A program made the position numbers and the translations under genes. A stretch of DNA of 64,000 nucleotides from Candidatus Heimdallarchaeota archaeon (GTDB lineage Archaea; Asgardarchaeota; Heimdallarchaeia; Hodarchaeales; Hodarchaeaceae), in the NCBI GenBank assembly GCA_011364965.1, contig RDOB01000002.1:352001-416000 (forward strand), given 5' to 3'. Under the pieces are notes generated by a model, which had not been told where the DNA came from, made no database searches, and worked only from the letters and a program-made list of their open reading frames with translations. Positions 48,107 to 58,756 of the stretch are shown piece by piece. Within the stretch, counting starts at the first letter, position 1. Every line of letters starts with the position of its first letter.

Positions 48107-49741
48107 GTGTTTAGTTTGAATTTATCACCTTTAGAAAAAGAAGAAGTGTTACTCTTTTCTGATACTCATATCTCGAAATTCACAGGTCTTTTCCACGAGA
48201 AAGCTTTCCAAAGTGGAGTTAAAATGATCAAACAAAAATTAATAAAAAATCCTAATGCTCTACTTCTTCACTTAGGGGATATAACAGACTCTGGAACTTA
48301 TGAAGATTTTGTTTACTCCAAAGAACTTTTACAAAAGAGTTTCCCTGACCGTTATATTTATGCAATTCCAGGTAATCATGATATGAGGAATATAGGAGAC
48401 AAACTCTGGAATGATTTCTTTGATGAACGTCAATTCCTAATAGATACGAGAGAGAATGGGGGAAACATGGTAATATTAGCTATAGACTCCTCAGAACCTG
48501 ATGAAAATGTAGGAAAAATTGGGGATCGAGGTTTAGAAGCAATTGCTGAATTAGGTACTTATCCTGACAAGATAGTCAAAATTCTCTGTTTTCACCATCA
48601 TCTTCTACCTATTCCAAATACTGGCAGGGAACGTTCAATGATTTTAGATGCGGGTGATGTGTCTCAAGTAATTTGGAAAGCAGGAGTAGATGTGATAATT
48701 ACAGCTCATCGTCACTATCCTAATGTTTTTTCATTATCAAATGGTACACGACGTTGTATGCTAATAAATTCAGGAACTTTTTCTTCTTTTAAAACAAGGG
48801 GAAGAGCAGGACATACTTTTGTGGATTTACTCGTAAAGAATGATAATTTGATTGTAAAATTCTTCGGAACTGATACATATTCATATTTTCAAACACCTGT
48901 TCGCGAAACCCAGACCATGTTGGGGGGGGAATTAACATCTAATGCAGGGTATGTTGTACCTGGTGATAAACTGCTAACTAGAATCTGCCAGTTCTCCGAT
49001 ACTCACTTTACTCAAGGAGGTGATTTTTTACCCAAAGTTTATGAATTAGGTATCAAAATGATGTTAAGAGAAGAACCTAAATTACTAATTCATTGTGGGG
49101 ATTTAACAAATGACTCCTATCCCGAAGATTTCGCTATGGCAAAAATGAAGCTTCGTGAATTAAATGAATTGAATGTTCCTTATCTAATTGTTCCAGGAGT
49201 AAGAGATTTACAACCCTTTGGAAGAGAGATGTGGGTACAACAGATTGGGCCATTAGACCCAATTTATGAAGATCAGACAATAAGAGTTCTAGGTATTGAT
49301 ACAGGAGCTGAAGCATCAGGTCATGTGGGAAGGAGTCGTATCACGATGGTTGAACACGAATTTAATACCTTTGGGAAATATAAACTGTTCTTGGTCGTTA
49401 TGCACCATAGTGTCCTTCCGATTCCTCGATCTTATTTTAAACGGGCTGTAAAAGATGCTGGAGACGTAATTGACTTCTTTACACATCATAAAGTTCCTTT
49501 GGTGCTATCAGGCTTAGAACATTATGCAACAACAATGCAGGTCGAAAATACTGTATTCATCAACGCTGGAACTTTCTCAAGTAAAAAAATTCGATCAAAA
49601 CGTCTGAATACTTATAATTCTATAAACATTTTTGAATCAGGAGTAACCAAAATCGAAGAAGTAGAAATACATTCAGGTAATCGAAATCTTTTAGGAGTAT
49701 ACCGGATTCCAGTAGTTAAAAACCAATCTTTGCAATTATAA
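48107..49741 (+). CDS. Tandem calcineurin-like metallophosphoesterase (Icc/CpdA-like x2)
   Basis: Domain 1: SDTH, GD, GNHD, HHH, AHRH. Domain 2: SDTH, GD, GVRD, MHH, GLEH. Confidence 0.9.
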   Translation: MFSLNLSPLEKEEVLLFSDTHISKFTGLFHEKAFQSGVKMIKQKLIKNPNALLLHLGDITDSGTYEDFVYSKELLQKSFPDRYIYAIPGNHDMRNIGDKLWNDFFDERQFLIDTRENGGNMVILAIDSSEPDENVGKIGDRGLEAIAELGTYPDKIVKILCFHHHLLPIPNTGRERSMILDAGDVSQVIWKAGVDVIITAHRHYPNVFSLSNGTRRCMLINSGTFSSFKTRGRAGHTFVDLLVKNDNLIVKFFGTDTYSYFQTPVRETQTMLGGELTSNAGYVVPGDKLLTRICQFSDTHFTQGGDFLPKVYELGIKMMLREEPKLLIHCGDLTNDSYPEDFAMAKMKLRELNELNVPYLIVPGVRDLQPFGREMWVQQIGPLDPIYEDQTIRVLGIDTGAEASGHVGRSRITMVEHEFNTFGKYKLFLVVMHHSVLPIPRSYFKRAVKDAGDVIDFFTHHKVPLVLSGLEHYATTMQVENTVFINAGTFSSKKIRSKRLNTYNSINIFESGVTKIEEVEIHSGNRNLLGVYRIPVVKNQSLQL

Positions 49742-50893
49742 TTAAATCTTTCTTTTCCTAGATCGAAAAGAAAAAACAAATATTGCTGATAGCGATATTA
49801 ATAACTCAAATCGGATTCCAAAAGGATTGAACCGATTATTAGTTTGAATGTCTTGTTGAAACTCCAAGGTTTTTAATATCGCCGCTGTTGCATTAACAAT
49901 ACCAAATCCAGTTTGGTTATCCTTTCCACCTATATTAATATCTTTTGCAGTTGATTCCAATATATATTGAACCATATCGACAGGAATGGTCGAATTTATG
50001 GAACGTATTAATCCAGCTATAGCTGCAACCTGAGGTGACGCAAAAGAGGTTCCTGATCCAGTCCTATAACCTCCCCCTAAGTTCGTACTTGTAATTAGTA
50101 TAGCTCCCTCTCCTACCGGCGCCATCATATCCAATTCTTCCCCATAATTGCTATAATCAGCTTTTTCTTGATTAAAATTAGTTGCCCCAACTGCTATCAC
50201 TTCTGAGTATGCAGCTGGGTATGCTACAGATTCCCCACCATAATTTCCAGCTGAACTTATAACTGGAATATTAAATCGTTTAGCACGTTTTATACTATCT
50301 TGAAGATTTGGAGTTCCCAAGGGCATTTCTATACTTATACTAATTATATCTGCTCCGTTGTCAATAGCATAATGAATAGCGTTAACTAACCAATCAGCTT
50401 CTTGTAAAGTGTTTGAAATATCTAATACTCTGATTGACATTATTTTAGAAGAGGATGCAATTCCTGTGATTCCTTCTCCATCATCCTTGCCAGAAATCAA
50501 ACCTGCAATAAATGTTCCATGAGAATGAATAGGATCAAATTCATCAAATCCATTGTTTGCATCATTATTTACAAAATCCCAGCCATAAAAATCGTCTATA
50601 AATCCATTCATATCATCATCTAAACTATTATTGGGAATTTCTCCAGTATTAATCCATGAAGACATGTTTAATTCAGGATGAGTGAAGTCTATGCCCGAAT
50701 CAATAACCGCTATCGTTACATTCTCTCCTCGGGTATATTTCCAAGCTTCTTTAGCGGAAATTTGGTATAAATGCCAATTTTCGAAATTATTTGACGAAAA
50801 ACCGATGAAAAAAGTCTGACTATACGAAAATGTGCAGATTAAGAGTGTAATTAAAGTAATACGAACCTTAAGCGAGTCTGAAAGCAAGATCAT
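49742..50893 (-). CDS. Secreted, membrane-anchored subtilisin-like S8 peptidase
   Basis: Catalytic IDSG, SHGT and GTSFASP; N-terminal hydrophobic signal; C-terminal TM plus basic tail. Confidence 0.93.
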   Translation of the reverse strand: MILLSDSLKVRITLITLLICTFSYSQTFFIGFSSNNFENWHLYQISAKEAWKYTRGENVTIAVIDSGIDFTHPELNMSSWINTGEIPNNSLDDDMNGFIDDFYGWDFVNNDANNGFDEFDPIHSHGTFIAGLISGKDDGEGITGIASSSKIMSIRVLDISNTLQEADWLVNAIHYAIDNGADIISISIEMPLGTPNLQDSIKRAKRFNIPVISSAGNYGGESVAYPAAYSEVIAVGATNFNQEKADYSNYGEELDMMAPVGEGAILITSTNLGGGYRTGSGTSFASPQVAAIAGLIRSINSTIPVDMVQYILESTAKDINIGGKDNQTGFGIVNATAAILKTLEFQQDIQTNNRFNPFGIRFELLISLSAIFVFSFRSRKRKI

Positions 50894-50965
50894 TACAAGT
50901 GCATTAAGATTTTTGAGATTTAAATTTTGTTAATAATGATAAGAATAGAGAAATCCGCGTATTAA

Positions 50966-51556
50966 TCAATCTGATGGTTGAGAGTAACGAGGAGAATTCG
51001 GGAATAAAACTAATAGTTCTCCTCGAGAACGTTGTTTTCGAGTTTTAATATCAAAACGAAATTTTTCTATAATTTTAAGCAATTCCAAGAAATCCTTTTC
51101 AGGAATAAGCATATGAAAAATTGGTAAACTTTTACCTACTTTTATTTCAATACGTCCAAAACTTTTCTTTCTATTTTTTTCCTTTTTCTCCCATCTGTCA
51201 AATCTCATGTAATGGATGTCATCATATCTACACTTCACAAAATTAAATAAATTAAATTTCATAAGCAAAGATTGAATTGATCCTACTCCCCAAATAACAC
51301 TGTGTTTATTGATTTGTACATATCTATAGTGTTTTGGTAATAACCAAGTTGAAAGAATGGGCCAAGAAACTATAACAACAAAAAATGAAAACCATTCCAT
51401 TAAAATAAAAGCAAAAATAGCAATTAAGAGAGAGAACAGAGCGATGTCTTTTAAAAATCCAGAAGTATCCTGTAAATGACAAGTGTAAATCGTGCTCTTA
51501 TCCGTTTCTGAATAGAATGTTCCTTCTACAAGTACTTGGTCTTTACGGATAGCCAA
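50966..51556 (-). CDS. Hypothetical 2-TM protein with soluble C-terminal domain (start moved to TTG 51556)
   Basis: The ORF-track start would leave 1 bp to the divergent gene; GAGG precedes TTG-GCT-ATC; 2 TM then a beta-rich domain. Confidence 0.55.
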   Translation of the reverse strand: MAIRKDQVLVEGTFYSETDKSTIYTCHLQDTSGFLKDIALFSLLIAIFAFILMEWFSFFVVIVSWPILSTWLLPKHYRYVQINKHSVIWGVGSIQSLLMKFNLFNFVKCRYDDIHYMRFDRWEKKEKNRKKSFGRIEIKVGKSLPIFHMLIPEKDFLELLKIIEKFRFDIKTRKQRSRGELLVLFPNSPRYSQPSD

Positions 51557-51695
51557 CTTTGATCCTCTGTTTGTAAAAATTAAATTGCTGCTATATAGGT
51601 AATTAATTGATATTTTTAAATTAATTGGGAATTTTGAATTAATTGGGTAAAAACCACTCCGTTCAGATTTTAATTTATCCATATATGGTGACAAT

Positions 51696-53087
51696 ATGAA
51701 TAATGCTCTTTCAATGTTTTTTCAACCTTCTTCCATTGCAATAGTAGGAGTTAGCAGAAACCCAAACAAGGCTGGATATGGTATCCTGAAAAACGTGATT
51801 CAAACTTTTCCATTCAAAGATCGTATTTATCCAATTAATCCTTCAGCTAATAAAATACTTAACCTTACAGTTTATGCTTCACTTCTAGAAATTCCTGGAT
51901 CTATTGACCTAGTAATATTTTTTGTGGTTCCAAAAGACATTCCTGAGCTTCTCATACAATGTTCCCAAAAAGGGGTAAGGGGGGTGATCATTGAAAGCGC
52001 AGGTTTTGCTGAAGTGGGTCAGGAGGGAAGATTAATACAGGAGAGAGTCCAAAAATTAGGTCAGAAGTTCAATATACGAATATGGGGCGGTAATTGCATG
52101 GGAACAGTGACTGATGAGCTTATTACTACTTTTGAACCCATTCCTAATGAAATTCGCTTAAAAGGATCACTCAGTTTAGTTGGTCAATCAGGTTATTTCT
52201 CTGGGGCTGTTGTGCTTCAGTGCTTTACAGAAAGATATTTAGGCATACGGAAGGCCTGTTCGATCGGGAACCGAATAGATATAGATGAATGTGATTTATT
52301 GAGAGATTTCCTGGAGGATGAAAAAACAAAAGTGGCAGCTTTTTATCTAGAGGGATTAAAACGACCAAGAGAATTTATTAATATAGCTAAATCTTCTAAA
52401 AAGCCAATAATATGCTTATTAGGAGGCCAATCAAGAGTTGGAAGGCAAGCTGCACTAAGTCACACTTCATCAACAACAAGTGGTTCGCCAGAGTTATTAT
52501 CAGGTTTACTTAAACAAGCTGGAATAATTCAAGTTCAAGATTTTGGAGAGTTTTTTAATATTATTGAATCATTTGTTAAGCTTCCTATTCCCACGAGCAA
52601 TAAATTGGCAATTATTACTATAACTGGAGCTGGTGGAGTGATTGCTTCTGACATTGTAGCTCAAACTTTTCTTGAAATTCCTGAATTATCCGCTGCAACT
52701 GAATTAGCGCTTAAAGCAATTTTTCCTCCTTGGATGCCCCCCAAAAATCCCGTGGATTCTTGGCCTGCATTTGAACTTCATGGATTGGACACAGCGCTAA
52801 GAAAAATATTTCCAATTCTTCTTGGGGATGAAAAAATTAATGCAATCATCTTGATGATCGCGTGTATGTCTGTAGCTGCTAGTTTCGATCCTGAAATTAT
52901 TTCTAGTCTCAAGGGATATAAGAAACCAATAATAACGTATTTTGTAGGAAACAAAATGGTAAAAAGTCAATGGACAGACATAATTCGAAGAGATGGGGGA
53001 GTAGTTTTTGATGATATCAATACTTGTGTTAAATCTATTGAATTCCTTTATTTATGGAATAAATTTCAAAATAGAGAGGTATTTTAA
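51696..53087 (+). CDS. Acyl-CoA synthetase (ADP-forming) alpha subunit / CoA-binding protein
   Basis: P.SIAIVGVS, SAGFAE, GGNCMG, QSG, GNRID, SHT phospho-His and NPVD motifs. Confidence 0.9.
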   Translation: MNNALSMFFQPSSIAIVGVSRNPNKAGYGILKNVIQTFPFKDRIYPINPSANKILNLTVYASLLEIPGSIDLVIFFVVPKDIPELLIQCSQKGVRGVIIESAGFAEVGQEGRLIQERVQKLGQKFNIRIWGGNCMGTVTDELITTFEPIPNEIRLKGSLSLVGQSGYFSGAVVLQCFTERYLGIRKACSIGNRIDIDECDLLRDFLEDEKTKVAAFYLEGLKRPREFINIAKSSKKPIICLLGGQSRVGRQAALSHTSSTTSGSPELLSGLLKQAGIIQVQDFGEFFNIIESFVKLPIPTSNKLAIITITGAGGVIASDIVAQTFLEIPELSAATELALKAIFPPWMPPKNPVDSWPAFELHGLDTALRKIFPILLGDEKINAIILMIACMSVAASFDPEIISSLKGYKKPIITYFVGNKMVKSQWTDIIRRDGGVVFDDINTCVKSIEFLYLWNKFQNREVF

Positions 53088-53690
53088 TTGCAGATAATCT
53101 TCATACGCCATGGAGAAAGCGAAGCAAATGCACAAAAGGTATTGCAAGGACACATGGATTCACCGCTTTCAGAAATAGGACGTTCACAAGCTAAAGCCTT
53201 AGCTCCAAGAATTCAAATTAGGAGATTTGATTATATTTATTCATCTGATCTTTCAAGAGCAGCAGAAACAGCTAAAATTATTTGTGATCCTTCAGAGGCA
53301 AGTAAAATCATATATACACCGCTTCTCAGGGAGATGGCTCTTGGAGAATTTGAGGGAAAAGCCATAGAGCTAATGGAAGACAAAGAACGCGAATACTTCC
53401 AAAGTTTCTTTAATGAAACATCGCAACCTATTCCAAATGGAGAGAGTGTAGAACAATTTATGCACAGATTAAAGAAATTTTTAAGAACTATAGATGAATT
53501 AAATCCGCCTCCTCAACATATTTTAGTCGTTGCTCATGGAGGTGTTATCTTTACTATTCTTAAACGAATTATGAAAATTCTTCCTGATTTTCAAAATGAT
53601 GAATGGTTTGAGAATTGTAGGATAAATGAAATTCAAAAAATTGAAAACGGAAACTGGATTGTTAAATCAATAAATGGACGGATCATTTGA
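53088..53690 (+). CDS. Histidine phosphatase (phosphoglycerate mutase-like) family
   Basis: RHGES, SSDLSRA, LRE...G.FEG and AHGG motifs. Confidence 0.94.
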   Translation: MQIIFIRHGESEANAQKVLQGHMDSPLSEIGRSQAKALAPRIQIRRFDYIYSSDLSRAAETAKIICDPSEASKIIYTPLLREMALGEFEGKAIELMEDKEREYFQSFFNETSQPIPNGESVEQFMHRLKKFLRTIDELNPPPQHILVVAHGGVIFTILKRIMKILPDFQNDEWFENCRINEIQKIENGNWIVKSINGRII

Positions 53691-53691
53691 T

Positions 53692-54282
53692 TTATTTCAT
53701 AAGTATCCTTCGTAATTCTTCAACATAGCTACTATATTGGGGGTCAATTTGAACAAGAAACATTCCTAAAACACGTCTCATTACTTCAAATTGATGATCA
53801 TAAGCTTTTGGAAATTCATTTCTATCTCCGATAAGTTCTCCGAGGTACTTACTCAAATTAATTGATAGTTTTCCTATTAATTCTTTTGCTCTTTTTTCTT
53901 CTTCTTCATTAGCAGGTATAAATCCTAGATCAGAAAAGTAGTCTAGTAGAACTGGGATTCTAACATTGAGGAGTGAACTTTCATCTTCTGATGCAATTAA
54001 ACTCTCTGCCTCCTCACTTAGCAAGAAAAAGGCATCAGTCATCTCTGCGGAATATTCTTTAACAATATATTTTTGCTTCCCCTTTTGTACATCGTGCTCT
54101 TTGACAAATCCTGTATCTATTAATTTCTTGAGGTGTCGATATACTGTTGAAACATTTTTATCAACTTCTTTTGCTATATTCTCCGCAGTTAATGCTCCTT
54201 TATCCTTTAAAAGATTCCATATCTCCCATCTTGACGCTTCAACTAGCTGTGAGACTCTTTGAGGGTCACGAATGATTTTCAA
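53692..54282 (-). CDS. ArsR-type winged-helix transcriptional regulator
   Basis: R..I..LL...LT...IA..V....STVYRHLKKL...GFV. Confidence 0.88.
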   Translation of the reverse strand: MKIIRDPQRVSQLVEASRWEIWNLLKDKGALTAENIAKEVDKNVSTVYRHLKKLIDTGFVKEHDVQKGKQKYIVKEYSAEMTDAFFLLSEEAESLIASEDESSLLNVRIPVLLDYFSDLGFIPANEEEEKRAKELIGKLSINLSKYLGELIGDRNEFPKAYDHQFEVMRRVLGMFLVQIDPQYSSYVEELRRILMK

Positions 54283-54407
54283 ATTAACTTCCCTTGGAAA
54301 GTGTTTGGAAATAAAACTAGTTTAGTTTTATTGAAACCACTAGCTTTAATTCCGCTTTTGAGACACTATTTTTTATTTTTATCATCAATTACTAAAGATT
54401 TTTCTTT

Positions 54408-55277
54408 TCATTTTAAATGTTTAGCAAGGATTGTTTCTTCGTCAGTTTTCTTAAATCCCCAAGATCTGTACATTTGATTATGAACAGGGCTATCAGCATA
54501 AGTTGAGAGTAAAACACAATTAACAGCATACTTTTCGAACCATTCAAAGGCCTTTTTCGTAAGGGTTGTTCCTATATGTCTTCTTTGATATTCTGGTAAC
54601 GTTGCTATTCTCACATAGTTACCTGTTTTTCCATCCTCCGAGATTGTGTTATAATTATATCCTACTATATGACCTTCAAGAAATGCTACAAAAAGGCTTC
54701 GATTTCCCGATCTAATGATATTTATAAATTCTTGTCTTCGATATCGCCAATAATGGGAGAAACAAATATTTTCAATTTCTATAAGTTCATTAACATCATC
54801 TTCTTCTGCAATACGAACGTAAATTTCCAGATTCTCTTTAAAATCAAATCTTGAACTCTTTTTCACATAATTATTGATTCTTGTGATTAAATCATAATCC
54901 TTTTTCAAAAAAAAATTTATTGAATCATAATTCTCTTGATGAATTCTGACTGATAAATATTCTAAATGGGGCGTGCTATGTAAGAGTTCTGCTTCAATTT
55001 CAGTAAGAAGCCGCGTACCTATATTCTGATATCGAAATTCGGGTTCAATATAAATACTATGAAGACGAGCTTTGTTAGAATTTTTTTCCACTCCTATTGT
55101 GAAACCAATAATCCTTTTATTAAAAATTGCTATCTTAACCATATATGGTTTAAATTTTATATATTCCTGGAAATTTTTTTCTTGTTTTTGAGAATCAAAT
55201 GCTCCCCATATAGATTTATAAAGTGTTAGGAAGGATTCTTGTTCTCTAGTTAAAATAGATCTAATATGTATGATCAT
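54408..55277 (-). CDS. Tandem GNAT N-acetyltransferase
   Basis: Two motif-A copies: PEFRYQNIGT and PEYQRRHIGT. Confidence 0.9.
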   Translation of the reverse strand: MIIHIRSILTREQESFLTLYKSIWGAFDSQKQEKNFQEYIKFKPYMVKIAIFNKRIIGFTIGVEKNSNKARLHSIYIEPEFRYQNIGTRLLTEIEAELLHSTPHLEYLSVRIHQENYDSINFFLKKDYDLITRINNYVKKSSRFDFKENLEIYVRIAEEDDVNELIEIENICFSHYWRYRRQEFINIIRSGNRSLFVAFLEGHIVGYNYNTISEDGKTGNYVRIATLPEYQRRHIGTTLTKKAFEWFEKYAVNCVLLSTYADSPVHNQMYRSWGFKKTDEETILAKHLK

Positions 55278-55416
55278 TACTTACTCCAACCTCTGATTAA
55301 TAGAAGGATTTATGAATTTTCTTTCTTCCTACAAAATCAAAGTGTGAGGTGAGGAAGTCATTACTCCTCATAGCCAGTTACTAAAATTTGATGAAACTAC
55401 TCAAATTAATAGCATA

Positions 55417-56421
55417 GTGTTACCACATTCAGGTAATATTGTCAGCTATAGGCTTTTGATACGTAAAGATCCAATTACTGGCCAATCTGTAGTAATTTCA
55501 TCAAGCTTATCAGAAAAGATGGATTTATTCATTAGAAAAACTGATTGGAAATTAGTAGAATCTCTTATGTATTCTTCTGCGAAAAAATGTCCTTTTTGTA
55601 TAAAGAACTTGACATTAGAGGCCCCTAAATTTCCAAGGAATTTGGGAATTCCAGAACCATTAAGTAAGGGTGAAGCAATTGTAATTCCAAATTTATATCC
55701 TCAATGGGAACATCATGCGGTTGTGATTCTCACCAAAGATCATTTCATTCTTCCAAATCAAATTACTGGACAACATCTTAGAGATGGTTTAGTTTGTTCA
55801 TTAAAATATTTTAAATCCATACATCAAAATTTTCCAGAGAGTTATTTTGCAAGTATAAATCTAAATTATCTTCATCCAGCTGGTGCTACCCTGCCTCATC
55901 CACATTTACAATTACTAGTAAGTTCTATACCAACAAACCACCAAAAATTATTATTGAAAAGAGAAATAAAATTTTCTGAAAAATATAGAAAAAGAATCTG
56001 GGAGGAATTGGTTTTTGAGGAACAAAAACGAAATCAAAGATATTTAGGAAATTCTTCTGGAGTACATTGGATTTTACCTTATTCTCCTCTTGGAGATTAT
56101 GAAATTAGAGCAATCTTTCCGACTTCGAATTTTTTAGACCTTAAAGAGGAAGAAATTGAAACTTTCTGTTATATCGTGTCTAATATTATTAGTAAATATC
56201 AGAAATTAGGAATTTCTAGTTTCAATTTTTCTCTAATAGGTTATTTATGCACCAAATTTGAGAAATCCTCTAATATCACATTCTCAATTGTTCCTCGTCA
56301 GAATATTTATGAAAATTATCGAAATGACATAAATTTTCTAGGTTTTCTTCAAAATACGCGATTTTTGATTTACAGCCCAGAAGATTATTTCTGTATTTTT
56401 CAAACAATATTTGAATCCTGA
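55417..56421 (+). CDS. Galactose-1-phosphate uridylyltransferase (GalT)-like HIT protein; N-terminus may extend to 55360
   Basis: RKDPITG, CPFC, PNLYP and GATLPHPHLQ motifs. Confidence 0.85.
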   Translation: MLPHSGNIVSYRLLIRKDPITGQSVVISSSLSEKMDLFIRKTDWKLVESLMYSSAKKCPFCIKNLTLEAPKFPRNLGIPEPLSKGEAIVIPNLYPQWEHHAVVILTKDHFILPNQITGQHLRDGLVCSLKYFKSIHQNFPESYFASINLNYLHPAGATLPHPHLQLLVSSIPTNHQKLLLKREIKFSEKYRKRIWEELVFEEQKRNQRYLGNSSGVHWILPYSPLGDYEIRAIFPTSNFLDLKEEEIETFCYIVSNIISKYQKLGISSFNFSLIGYLCTKFEKSSNITFSIVPRQNIYENYRNDINFLGFLQNTRFLIYSPEDYFCIFQTIFES

Positions 56422-56507
56422 TAACAAGCGGGGTGTAATTACTGTCAAAATATGATCTTTTTAGCGAGGAAAATGCTCAGAAGATTTTACTTAAGTTTGT
56501 AAATGAT

Positions 56508-58730
56508 TTGGAAGTTTGTACTGAATTAATGGATCGTAATGTCCTTGAGGAGGAGCTAGGCTTTTTTTATGCACGAGTTCTAAATGATAATAGCATATCA
56601 TGGAATGAGACAAGAAAAAAGTTACCCCAAGCAGCTGCATTTGTGATTTTGGTTCAAATTTTTTACTTCATTGCATTTGAAAAGAAAAAAAGTACGAAGG
56701 TTAATGTAAATAACGCCTCGATTTCTGATATCCAACACTGGTTTCAAACCATTTTAAATGTGGAATCAAATCCTATTTATCAGATCGATCTCATCAATAA
56801 GCTCCCTTCTAATTCTCAACCGATCTTGAACCAGATATTTAGAGAGTTAGAAACATGGGGTTCAAATATGATGGAAATTGATATTCTTGGAAAAATTTTT
56901 CATACTTTAATCCCGAAATCACTTCGTAAATATCTTTCAGCTTATTATTCATCTAATATTGTGAGCGATTTCATTTCTCATATTATTTTAGATGGGTTCG
57001 AAATAAAAAGAATATTAGATCCATCTTGTGGTTCTGGTACATTCCTAGTTTCAGCATATAAAAAATTAAAAAGTCTTAAATCTGAATTAAACCATCAGGA
57101 GATATTAAACCAGCTTTATGGTGTAGATGTTTCTATATTTGCTTCCCAATTAGCCAGTATCAATCTTGCTCTTCAAGATCCTTTATATTATTCCCCACAA
57201 TATCATTTATACGTAAATGACATATTCAAAATGAAAATAGGGGAAAAAAAGGGCAATTTCTTGCCTCTGATGGATGTATTGATGGGAAATCCTCCCTTTA
57301 CTCGTGGAGATCGAATTACTAGCGGATATAAAGATTTTTTGTATAATCATCTTAAAAAGCACGAAATCAATGTAAATTATAATAAAAAATATTTGGGATT
57401 CTATGGATATTTCTTATTGGATTCACTTCGATTTTTAAAACCTAATGGAACATTAGCCTACATTTTGCCCATTTCTATTATTAATTCTGCTACAATGAAT
57501 CCAGTGTTAAACTACCTTCAACATAGGTTTACTTTTGAATATTTTATTACATCAGATGAAGAAATCGCGTTTTCTGAACAATCTCAGTTTAAAGAAGTGA
57601 TAATGATAGCAAAAAACACTCCTCCTACCAACTCATCTGTTACTAAATTTGTTGTTCTCAAATCCAAGTTAACAGAGGCAAATTATAAAAATCTAGCTTA
57701 TTTCTTAATTAATAACCAAGATATCGACAATCACCTTATTAGAGTCAAATCAATTGAAACTCCTCGCCTTTTAAACACTAAATCAGTCGATTGGACTCTA
57801 TATTTCCATAGTTCCTCTTTTCTTAATCTTTATACTCAAATTAAACATAATAATATGTTTAAACCTGTATCCAGTTTTCTTAGCCATCCAAGAAGGGATG
57901 TTGATAGAGGAATACGAGTGGGGGTATCAAATTTCTTTTATTTACCAAATAAATATTGGATGATAACCAGAGAAGACGAAAAATCAATTGAAATCAGTTC
58001 TAAAGAAACAAAACTCAAATTAACACTTCCTAGATCAAATATTTCTCCAGTCTTGCGAAAATCATCTCTCTATCATACAATCAGACCAAAAATATCGGAA
58101 TATATCCTTCTCTTTCCAGATGATACGCTTACAGACGATAGTATGAAGTACATTAAGTGGGGCCAAAAGAAATTTTCCAAAACAGATGGTTTTCATGCTC
58201 TCACATTTAACCAAATATCCCAAGGAAGGAAAATTGCTAGAGTAGCAATTATTCATAAGTTCAGCTTAAATTCAGGACGATTTTTAGCATTTTTTGTCAA
58301 AAATAAATGTGTTATAAGTGATAATTTCATATTTATAAGAACTGGAGATGTTTCTCACGATAAAGTTCTTGCTGCATATTTTAATAGCACGATTTTCCTA
58401 GCAACTTATTTAATTTTGCGTCGAGAGAAGATTTCGTCCTTAGGTCAAATCTTCGGGACGGATTTGAGGAATTTTTTTTGCTTAAATCCCAAATTATTGG
58501 CAAATAAGGATTCTAAAGTTCTCTGTGAGGCTTTTGATGAATTTAATAGGAAATCTGATCAATTCTTATCTTTAAAAGATCAAATCCGTGAACTCTCCCA
58601 AGGAAAATTTCTTTCACGTTATCGTCTTGATTTTGCGTTGTGTCAGGTCTTGCAGATAAATGATATTGAAAATTTCATAAAGGAATTATATAAAACAATG
58701 CAAAACGAAATTTTCCGTCTTAAGATATAA
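56508..58730 (+). CDS. N6-adenine DNA methyltransferase (gamma class, type IIG/Eco57I-like scaffold, no obvious nuclease domain)
   Basis: DILG..F, ILDPSCGSGTFL motif I, NPPF motif IV and a long C-terminal recognition region. Confidence 0.88.
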   Translation: MEVCTELMDRNVLEEELGFFYARVLNDNSISWNETRKKLPQAAAFVILVQIFYFIAFEKKKSTKVNVNNASISDIQHWFQTILNVESNPIYQIDLINKLPSNSQPILNQIFRELETWGSNMMEIDILGKIFHTLIPKSLRKYLSAYYSSNIVSDFISHIILDGFEIKRILDPSCGSGTFLVSAYKKLKSLKSELNHQEILNQLYGVDVSIFASQLASINLALQDPLYYSPQYHLYVNDIFKMKIGEKKGNFLPLMDVLMGNPPFTRGDRITSGYKDFLYNHLKKHEINVNYNKKYLGFYGYFLLDSLRFLKPNGTLAYILPISIINSATMNPVLNYLQHRFTFEYFITSDEEIAFSEQSQFKEVIMIAKNTPPTNSSVTKFVVLKSKLTEANYKNLAYFLINNQDIDNHLIRVKSIETPRLLNTKSVDWTLYFHSSSFLNLYTQIKHNNMFKPVSSFLSHPRRDVDRGIRVGVSNFFYLPNKYWMITREDEKSIEISSKETKLKLTLPRSNISPVLRKSSLYHTIRPKISEYILLFPDDTLTDDSMKYIKWGQKKFSKTDGFHALTFNQISQGRKIARVAIIHKFSLNSGRFLAFFVKNKCVISDNFIFIRTGDVSHDKVLAAYFNSTIFLATYLILRREKISSLGQIFGTDLRNFFCLNPKLLANKDSKVLCEAFDEFNRKSDQFLSLKDQIRELSQGKFLSRYRLDFALCQVLQINDIENFIKELYKTMQNEIFRLKI

Positions 58731-58756
58731 GAAAATGGAAATATATCATTGGTGAT

